Assembly: GCA_016790515.1 (NCBI GenBank)
Contig: JAEUOY010000168.1
Span: forward strand, 537-64,536
Direction: 5' to 3'
Length of the DNA: 64,000 bases
Source: Burkholderiaceae bacterium
GTDB taxonomy: Bacteria; Pseudomonadota; Gammaproteobacteria; Burkholderiales; Burkholderiaceae_C
Positions 57,332-64,000 of the stretch are shown here, one piece after another (within the stretch, counting starts at the first letter, position 1; each line of letters starts with the position of its first letter). Made by a program: the position numbers and the translations under genes. The notes under the pieces were generated by a model. The model was given only the letters and a program-made list of their open reading frames with translations. It searched no databases and was not told the origin of the DNA.

Positions 57332-58450
57332 ATGAACTTCGAACTGAACGACGAGCAGCAGCAACTGGCCGACAGCCTGGCCAAGTACCTGGCCAGCCAC
57401 TACGACTTCGACAAGCGCAAGGCGATCATCCATTCGGCATCGGGTGTCAGCGATGCCGTCTGGGCGGCCTTCGCCGAGATGGGCCTGACCGCGATCGCGC
57501 TGCCCGAGGCCGACGGCGGCTTCGGCGGCGGCGCGCTCGACCTGATGGCGGCGATGGAAGCCTGCGGCCAGGCGCTGGTGGTCGAGCCGCTGCTCGACAA
57601 CATCGGGCTGGCCGGGCGGCTGGTGGCCAAGGCCGGTTCGCAGGCCCAGCGGGCGGCGTTGCTGCCGGGGCTGATCGACGGCTCGCTCAAGCTGGCCTTT
57701 GCCGGGCTGGAGCCGGGGCGGCGTTACGAACTGGCACCGCAGACCACCACCGCGACCGCCAACGCCGAGGGCTGGCTGCTCAATGGCGCCAAGTGCGTCG
57801 TGACCGGTGCGCCGTCGGCGAACCGGCTGATCGTCTCGGCGCGCAGCGCCGACGGGGCGAGCCTGTTCATCGTCGACCCCAAGGCGCCCGGCGTGTCGCT
57901 GAACCCCAGCCGCTCGGTCGACGGCCTGCGGGTGGCCGATGTGAGCTTCGACAAGGTCAACCTCGGCGCCGACGCGCTGCTGGGGCCACAGGGCGGGGCA
58001 CTGCCATTGTTCGAGGAAGCGACCGACTTCGCGACCGCGCTGCTGTGCGCCGAAGCGATCGGCGCGATGCAGTTCGCCAACGAGACCACGCTGGAGTACC
58101 TGAAGACGCGCAAGCAGTTCGGCGCGCCGATCGGCGCCAACCAGGTGCTGCAGCACCGTATAGTGGAGATGGTGATCGTCACCGAGCAGGCGCGATCGAT
58201 GGCCACGCTGGCGGCCAGCAAGGTCGACAGCGCCGCCGATCCGAAGGAGCGTGCCCGCGCGGTGTCGGCGGCCAAGGTGAAGATCGCCGACTCGGCGCGC
58301 CAGGTCAGCCAGGAGGCGGTGCAGCTGCACGGCGGCATGGGCATGTCCGAGGAGCTGAAGATCTCGCACACCTTCCGCCGCCTGACGATGATCGCGCAGC
58401 GCTTCGGCGATGCCGACCACCATCTCGAGCGCTATGCGGCCTTGACTTGA
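57332..58450 (+). CDS. Acyl-CoA dehydrogenase, PimD-like small subunit
   Basis: YLKTRKQFG, QLHGGMG, ends FGDADHH; adjacent partner of the PimC-like gene (heteromeric ACAD pattern). Confidence 0.88.
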   Translation: MNFELNDEQQQLADSLAKYLASHYDFDKRKAIIHSASGVSDAVWAAFAEMGLTAIALPEADGGFGGGALDLMAAMEACGQALVVEPLLDNIGLAGRLVAKAGSQAQRAALLPGLIDGSLKLAFAGLEPGRRYELAPQTTTATANAEGWLLNGAKCVVTGAPSANRLIVSARSADGASLFIVDPKAPGVSLNPSRSVDGLRVADVSFDKVNLGADALLGPQGGALPLFEEATDFATALLCAEAIGAMQFANETTLEYLKTRKQFGAPIGANQVLQHRIVEMVIVTEQARSMATLAASKVDSAADPKERARAVSAAKVKIADSARQVSQEAVQLHGGMGMSEELKISHTFRRLTMIAQRFGDADHHLERYAALT

Positions 58451-58474
58451 ATCGCTGACCCGGAGACTCACCTC

Positions 58475-59281
58475 ATGAGCGGAAGACTGCAAGGCAAGGT
58501 CGCGATCATCACCGGCGCCGGCTCGGGCATCGGCCGTGCGTCGGCGCTGCTGTTCGCGGCCGAAGGCGCGAAGCTGGTGCTGGGCGACAAGACCGAGGCC
58601 GTGCACGACACCGCCCAGGCAGTGCGGGCGGCCGGCGGCAGCGTGACCGCGCTGCAGATCGACGCCGGCAACGAGGCCGATGTGCAGCAGCTGGTGGCCA
58701 CCGCGCTGTCGACCTACGGCCGGCTCGATGTGGCCTTCGCCAACGCCGGCATCGCCGGCGGCATGGCCGGCATCTTCGACGCGACGCCCGAGCTGTGGAC
58801 CGACGTGCTGCGGGTCAACCTGATCGGCCCGTTCCTGATGATCAAGCATGCCGGCAAGGCGATGGCCGAGCAGGGGCAGGGCGGTTCGATCCTCTGCACC
58901 GCGTCGGTCGCCGGCATCCGCTCGGGTGCCGGCGGGCCGGCCTATTCGGCCAGCAAGGCTGGCGTGATCAACCTGGTGATGGTCGGCGCGCAGCAGCTGT
59001 GCGAGACCGGCGTGCGCGTCAACGCGATCTGCCCGGGGCTGACCGAGACCGGCATGACCAGGGGCACCTTCGACTACGCCAGGGACAAGGGCGTGACCCA
59101 CAAGCTGGGCCGGCTGAACCCGCTGCGCCGCGCCGCGCAACCCGAGGAGCTGGCCAACGCCGCGCTGTTCCTGGCCAGCGACCAGTCGAGCTACGTCAAC
59201 GGCCAGGCGCTGGCGGTCGACGGCGGGCTGTCGAGCTCGCACCCGGTGACCCGGCAGCTGCCGGGTCAGACGGCAGTCTGA
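58475..59281 (+). CDS. SDR family oxidoreductase
   Basis: [24 protein letters not shown]. Confidence 0.93.
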   Translation: MSGRLQGKVAIITGAGSGIGRASALLFAAEGAKLVLGDKTEAVHDTAQAVRAAGGSVTALQIDAGNEADVQQLVATALSTYGRLDVAFANAGIAGGMAGIFDATPELWTDVLRVNLIGPFLMIKHAGKAMAEQGQGGSILCTASVAGIRSGAGGPAYSASKAGVINLVMVGAQQLCETGVRVNAICPGLTETGMTRGTFDYARDKGVTHKLGRLNPLRRAAQPEELANAALFLASDQSSYVNGQALAVDGGLSSSHPVTRQLPGQTAV

Positions 59282-59328
59282 TTTTTCGAACCTCATCCAT
59301 CGCCGCTGAGCGGGCCGGGAGCCTGAAC

Positions 59329-60105
59329 ATGTACCAACCCTTCGACTTGAGCGGCCATGGCGCCGTGGTGACCGGCGGCAACGGCGGCATCGGCCTGGGC
59401 ATGGCCCGCGCGCTGCTGGCCTCGGGTGCCAAGGTGGCGATCTGGGGCTCGAACCCCGACAAGACCGAGCGCGCCCGCTCCCAGCTGGCGGCCGAATGCG
59501 GCGACCCCGCGCGGGTGTTCGCCTTCGTCTGCGACGTCGGCGACGAGGCGCAGGTCGACCAGACCTTCGCGGCGTCGGTCGCCGCAGTGGGCCGCGTGGA
59601 CTCCTGCTTCGCCAACGCTGGCGTGTCCGGCAAGGGCTCGATGGTGATGGAGATGAGCCTGGACGAGTTCCGCCGGGTGCAGCGCATCAACGTCGAGGGC
59701 GTGTTCCTGACCTTCCGCGCCGCTGCGCGCCACATGGCCGCGCATGGCCAGGGCGGATCGCTGGTGGCCACCGCCAGCACCGCGGCGGTCGAGGGCGCGG
59801 CGCGCAACAGCCACTACGGTGCGTCCAAGGGCGCCGTCACCGCCTACGTGCGGGCGCTGGCGGTCGAACTGGCGCGGCACAAGATCCGCGCCAACTCGAT
59901 CCTGCCGGGCTGGATCGTCACCGAGATGACCGAGAAGTCGGTCGCCAACGAGAAGTTCGTCGGTGCGGTGATGCCGCGCATCCCGGCACGCCGCTGGGGC
60001 CAGATCGACGACTTCGGCGGCATCGCGGTCTACCTGGCCAGCCCGGCCTCGGCCTACACCACCGGCGAGCAGTTCATCATCGACGGCGGCTACACCAAGT
60101 TCTGA
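59329..60105 (+). CDS. SDR family oxidoreductase
   Basis: TGGNGGIG, ANAG, YGASK, NSILPGW; ATG 59329. Confidence 0.93.
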   Translation: MYQPFDLSGHGAVVTGGNGGIGLGMARALLASGAKVAIWGSNPDKTERARSQLAAECGDPARVFAFVCDVGDEAQVDQTFAASVAAVGRVDSCFANAGVSGKGSMVMEMSLDEFRRVQRINVEGVFLTFRAAARHMAAHGQGGSLVATASTAAVEGAARNSHYGASKGAVTAYVRALAVELARHKIRANSILPGWIVTEMTEKSVANEKFVGAVMPRIPARRWGQIDDFGGIAVYLASPASAYTTGEQFIIDGGYTKF

Positions 60106-60122
60106 GCGCCGAGCGACCGGCC

Positions 60123-61994
60123 TCACCACACCGTCGCCGGGTTGGTCCGCCGGCCGGTCCAGCGCTCGATCACCATCGACAGCTGCGAGGTGCTGACCGG
60201 CTTGGTCATGAAGTCGTCCATGCCGGCGTCCAGGCAGCGCTGGCGATCGGCGGCCAGCGAGTCGGCGGTCAGCGCGACGATCGGCGTGCGCGCAGCGCCC
60301 GGGCCCTCGCGGCCACGGATGTTCCGGGCGGCGTCGTAGCCGTCCATCACCGGCATGTGGCAGTCCATGAACACGATGTCGTAGCGCCGGCGGGCCATCG
60401 CCCTGCAGGCGGCGTCGCCGTCGTCGACGACGTCGACCTCGCAGCCCAGCACCTTCAGCATCTCGGCGGCGACCATCTGGTTGACGACGTCGTCCTCGGC
60501 CAGCAGCACCGCGATCGCGAGGTCGGCGTCTTCGGCCGGCGGCGCCGCGGTCGCGGCCTGGCCGTCGTCGGCTTCGATCAGCGGCAGGTCGATCCAGAAG
60601 TGCGAGCCCCGGCCCGGCTCGCTTTGCACCTGCACCTCGCCGCCCATCCGGTCGACCAGGTCCTTGACGATCGCCAGGCCCAGGCCGCTGCCGCGGTGGC
60701 GCCGCGTGCTGGAACCGTCGACCTGGGTGAACGCGTCGAAGATCGCCGGCAGCTCGTCGGCCGCGATGCCGATGCCGGTGTCGCGCACCGACAGCCGCAG
60801 CCGCGGCGCCATCGCCGGGCCGACGGCCGAGACGGCCAGGTCGATGCGTCCCTGATCGGTGAACTTCACCGCGTTGTGCAGCAGGTTCACCAGCAGCTGG
60901 CGCAGCCGCAGCGGATCGGCCAGCACGCGCGCCGGCAGCTCTGGTGCCACGCTGCACGCCAGCCGCAGCGGCTTGTCGCGGGCGACCAGGGTCATCAGGT
61001 CGACCGCCTCGGCCACCAGGGCGCGCAGGTCGACCGGGCCGGGGTGCAGCACCAGCTTGCCGGCCTCGATGCGCGACAGGTCGAGCACGTCGTCGATCAG
61101 CGCGAGCAGCGCGGTCGCCGAACGGTGGGCGGTCGTCGCGTAGCGGTGCTGCGCGGGCGTCAGCGGCGTGCCGATCATCAGCTCGGCCGCGCCGAGGATG
61201 CCGTTCATCGGCGTGCGGATCTCGTGGCTGATCATCGCCAGGAACTGCGACTTCGCTGCATAGGCCTGCTCGGCCTGGCGGCGCGCCTGGTCGAGCTCGG
61301 CGGCCTGGGCCTGCAGCGCGGCGGCCTTCTGCGCCAGGCTGTCGAGCAGCGCGTGTGCGGCGCGCACCGCCTGGCGGGTGCGATTGCGCAGGCGTTCGGT
61401 CACCAGCCCGGTCAGGGCCAGGTACAGGCCCAGCAGGTAGATGACCGTGGCGATGCCCAGCCGGTCGGCCCAGATGGCGCGTGCCGGGTCAGCCCAGGCC
61501 AGCCAGACCGCATAGCCCAGGTAGGCGGCGGTGACCAGATGGGCGAAGTACAGCGTGCGCCGGAAGCCGAAGCCCACCTGGTCGGCCACGCGCACCAGCA
61601 GGAAATAGGCGAAGAAGAGGTGGCTCTGCTCCAGATGGTGCAGGTCGACCAGCCAGACCAGCACGTCCAGGTGGAACAGCAGCAGGCCCAGGTCGAGCCG
61701 GCCGCTGCGGCCATGGCCCAGGCGCAGCACGAACCACCCCGCGACGGCATAGCCCAGGTTCAAGGCCACCAGCGCCTGCAGCGCCGGCCGCGGGAACGCC
61801 GGGTCCTGGCGCCAGTCCTGCAGCAGCGCGATCGCGCAGACCACGACGAAGCCGGCGAGGCGCAGCGAGGGCACCTGGACCGTGTACAGGCGTCGCTCGG
61901 CCGCTGCCTTGCGTTGCGCGCGCAGGGACTCGTCGAGCGTGAAGCTCGAGTCGCCCGCGGGACCCGCATCGTGCGACGCCTGAGGATCCGTCAC
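60123..61994 (-). CDS. Hybrid sensor histidine kinase with multi-TM input domain and REC; start uncertain
   Basis: 5-6 TM helices, [44 protein letters not shown]. Confidence 0.88.
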   Translation of the reverse strand: MTDPQASHDAGPAGDSSFTLDESLRAQRKAAAERRLYTVQVPSLRLAGFVVVCAIALLQDWRQDPAFPRPALQALVALNLGYAVAGWFVLRLGHGRSGRLDLGLLLFHLDVLVWLVDLHHLEQSHLFFAYFLLVRVADQVGFGFRRTLYFAHLVTAAYLGYAVWLAWADPARAIWADRLGIATVIYLLGLYLALTGLVTERLRNRTRQAVRAAHALLDSLAQKAAALQAQAAELDQARRQAEQAYAAKSQFLAMISHEIRTPMNGILGAAELMIGTPLTPAQHRYATTAHRSATALLALIDDVLDLSRIEAGKLVLHPGPVDLRALVAEAVDLMTLVARDKPLRLACSVAPELPARVLADPLRLRQLLVNLLHNAVKFTDQGRIDLAVSAVGPAMAPRLRLSVRDTGIGIAADELPAIFDAFTQVDGSSTRRHRGSGLGLAIVKDLVDRMGGEVQVQSEPGRGSHFWIDLPLIEADDGQAATAAPPAEDADLAIAVLLAEDDVVNQMVAAEMLKVLGCEVDVVDDGDAACRAMARRRYDIVFMDCHMPVMDGYDAARNIRGREGPGAARTPIVALTADSLAADRQRCLDAGMDDFMTKPVSTSQLSMVIERWTGRRTNPATVW

Positions 61995-62142
61995 TGCCCA
62001 CACCCCCGCCCGGACAATTTCGGCCGATTGTGGCCAGCGGGCCGGCGTGAGGCCATCCCGATGATGCAGCGGCATGTCACCCGCCGATGCGGCGCCGTGG
62101 CCTTCCCTGCACGTTACGATGTGCTCCTGAAGGAGACCGGCC

Positions 62143-62520
62143 ATGAACGACGACGACCGACGCTCGATCGAGCAGACGATCCAGGCCTATTTCGACGGCC
62201 TGTACGAGGGCGACGCCGACAAGCTGGCCAGCGTGTTCCACGAGACCAGCGCGCTGACCTACGAGCAGGACGGCAAGCTCGTCGTGCTGCCGCTGGCGCA
62301 GTGGCTGAAGGCGGTGCGCGAGCGGCCGGCGCCGAAGGCCAAGGGGCTGGCGCGCGACGACGCGATCCTGGCGATCGACCAGTCGGGCCCGACCACGGCG
62401 TTCGTCAAGGTCAGGTGCCAGATCCCGCCGCGCTACTTCACCGACTACCTGAACCTGCTGAAGGTCGACGGCCGCTGGCAGGTCGCGCAGAAGGTCTTCG
62501 CGACGGTGGTCGAGCGCTAG
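62143..62520 (+). CDS. NTF2/SnoaL-like (lumazine-binding-like) protein
   Basis: [22 protein letters not shown]....K.F; AAGGAG RBS. Confidence 0.82.
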   Translation: MNDDDRRSIEQTIQAYFDGLYEGDADKLASVFHETSALTYEQDGKLVVLPLAQWLKAVRERPAPKAKGLARDDAILAIDQSGPTTAFVKVRCQIPPRYFTDYLNLLKVDGRWQVAQKVFATVVER

Positions 62521-62523
62521 CGC

Positions 62524-62667
62524 GACAGCCGCGCAGGCGACAGCGCGGCGGCGCCGCGGCTCCCTACACTGGCCCGCGCCGAGCTGACCGACGGGACAGC
62601 CGCGCAGGCGACAGCGCGGCGGCGCCGCGGCTCCCTACACTGGCCCGCGCCGAGCTGACCGACGGGA
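62524..62667 (+). repeat. Perfect 71-bp tandem duplication (62524-62594, 62595-62665)
   Basis: Two identical copies of GACAGCCGCGCAGGCGACAGCGCGGCGGCGCCGCGGCTCCCTACACTGGCCCGCGCCGAGCTGACCGACGG. Confidence 0.93.
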
Positions 62668-62673
62668 GACCGC

Positions 62674-63429
62674 ATGACGAACCTGGTGCTTCGCGAGGAC
62701 CGTGACGGCCTCGCCACGCTGACGCTGAACCGCCCCGACAAGCTCAACGCGCTGACGGTGGCGATGTTCCAGCAGTTGCGCGAGCAGGTGCAGCAGCTGG
62801 CCGCCGACACCGGGCGCATCGGCCTGGTGCTGCTGCGCGGGGCCGGCAAGTGCTTCTCGGCCGGCCACGACCTGGCCGACATCGCGCACGGCGAGCGCCC
62901 GCCCAGGCCCAGCTTCCAGGCCGACACGATCGAGTTGCTGGCCGAGCTGCCGCAGCCGGTGATCAGCGCGGTGCATGGCCACTGCTACACCGGCGCACTC
63001 GAGCTGGCGCTGGCCGGCGACCTCATCGTCGCCGCCGAATCGGCGAAGTTCGCCGACACCCATGCGCGCTGGGCGCTGACGCCGGTGTGGGGCATGAGCC
63101 AGCGGCTGCCGCGGCGCGTGGGCCTCGCCAAGGCGCAGGAGATGACCTATACCGCGCGCACCTACAGTGGTGCCGAGGCGCAGGCGATGGGGCTGGTGAA
63201 CTGGTGCGTGCCCGATGCGGCGTTCGAAGCCGAACTGCAGGCCTTCACCGGCGCGATCCTGGCCAATTCCTGGTTCAGCCTGCGCGCCAACAAGCGGCTG
63301 TACCGCGAGACCGATGGCCTGCCGCTGCGCGCCGGGCTGTCGCATGAGATCCACCGCAGCGAAGGCCGCGGCCCCGACATGGACCAGCGCATCGCCGCGT
63401 TCATGAACAAGACCCGCAAGCCGAGCTGA
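62674..63429 (+). CDS. Crotonase/enoyl-CoA hydratase family protein
   Basis: TLNRPDKLNAL, FSAGHDL, GALELALAGD, FADTHARW. Confidence 0.9.
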   Translation: MTNLVLREDRDGLATLTLNRPDKLNALTVAMFQQLREQVQQLAADTGRIGLVLLRGAGKCFSAGHDLADIAHGERPPRPSFQADTIELLAELPQPVISAVHGHCYTGALELALAGDLIVAAESAKFADTHARWALTPVWGMSQRLPRRVGLAKAQEMTYTARTYSGAEAQAMGLVNWCVPDAAFEAELQAFTGAILANSWFSLRANKRLYRETDGLPLRAGLSHEIHRSEGRGPDMDQRIAAFMNKTRKPS

Positions 63430-63436
63430 GCCCGCG

Positions 63437-64000
63437 ATGAGCAACCCCCTGTACCAAGGCTGCAGCGTCGGCGACCTGGTGGTCAGCGCGATCGCACGCG
63501 GCGGCGATCGAATCGCCTTCATCGGCGACGATGCCCGCTGGACCTACCACCGGCTCGGCGAGCGGGTCAGCCAGGTGATCCAGGCGCTGGCCGTGCGCGG
63601 GCTGAAGCGCGGCGATGCGGTGGCCACGCTGTCGGCCAACCGGCCCGAGGCCTTCCTGATCACCGCCGCGGCCTATCTGATGGGCCTGCGCCTGACCTGG
63701 ATGAACCCTACCTCGTCGGAAGACGACCATGCCTACATCCTCGAAGACTCGGGCGTGCACACGCTGTTCGTCGACCCGTCGAGCTTCGGCGAGCGGGCCC
63801 GGGCGCTGGCCCGGCGCGTGCCGGGTGTGGCGCGGATCATGAGCTTCGGCCCCAACGACGGTGTCGGCGAGGACCTGCTGGCCGCTGCTTCGGCCTTCAC
63901 CCCCGCGCGGCTGGTGCCGCAGGCCGATCCCGACGATGTCTGCGTGCTGGTCTATACCGGCGGCACCACCGGCCGGCCCAAGGGCGTCGCCCACACCCAC
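63437..64000 (+). CDS. AMP-binding acyl-CoA synthetase (3'-truncated by window edge)
   Basis: Open frame from ATG 63437 (MSNPLYQG...) with GLKRGD.VA.L..NRPE and the AMP-binding motif YTGGTTGRPKGV at the window end; missing from the ORF track because no stop is present. Confidence 0.9.
   Translation, partial: MSNPLYQGCSVGDLVVSAIARGGDRIAFIGDDARWTYHRLGERVSQVIQALAVRGLKRGDAVATLSANRPEAFLITAAAYLMGLRLTWMNPTSSEDDHAYILEDSGVHTLFVDPSSFGERARALARRVPGVARIMSFGPNDGVGEDLLAAASAFTPARLVPQADPDDVCVLVYTGGTTGRPKGVAHTH

Noticed and set aside
59-62705. Many very long alternative-frame and antisense ORFs (e.g. 2149-5469, 4785-8516, 12036-14252, 22589-24700, 59496-62705)
   Set aside because: Arg/Ala/Gly/Pro-rich shadow frames expected at ~70% GC; each overlaps a gene with clear family motifs.

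Overview
High-GC (roughly 70%) chromosomal window. The housekeeping gene order (cspD/clpS/clpA, lpxH-ppiB-ppiA-TPR/cysS-alkA-accA-tilS-lysC-tRNA-Ser) and protein style point to a Burkholderiales betaproteobacterium; a Rubrivivax/Ideonella-like lineage is inferred. It has three blocks. (1) 1-21.1 kb is a beta-1,3-glucan (laminarin/paramylon/curdlan-type) utilisation locus that runs off the left edge. It encodes an MFS sugar transporter fused to a GH17 domain, a GH16 lipoprotein, a GH149-like glucan phosphorylase, a GH30, a GH17 lipoprotein, a GH81, two large non-catalytic multi-module lipoproteins with putative carbohydrate-binding repeats and two outer-membrane beta-barrels. Three identical perfect LacI-type palindromes (TGAAAGCGCTTTCA) sit at its promoters, and no SusC/SusD or TonB-dependent receptor is visible in the window. 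(2) 21.1-34.7 kb is core housekeeping genes ending in tRNA-Ser(GCT). (3) 34.7-64 kb holds an orphan TRAP binding protein coupled to a hybrid kinase, then a long acyl-CoA/lipid catabolic cluster (oleate hydratase, Baeyer-Villiger monooxygenase, esterase, amidase, CoA transferases, APH-type kinase, thiolase, PimC/PimD-like acyl-CoA dehydrogenase pair, SDRs, crotonases, acyl-CoA ligase). No transposase, integrase, CRISPR array or rRNA was seen. All family assignments come from motif recognition by eye, not database searches.
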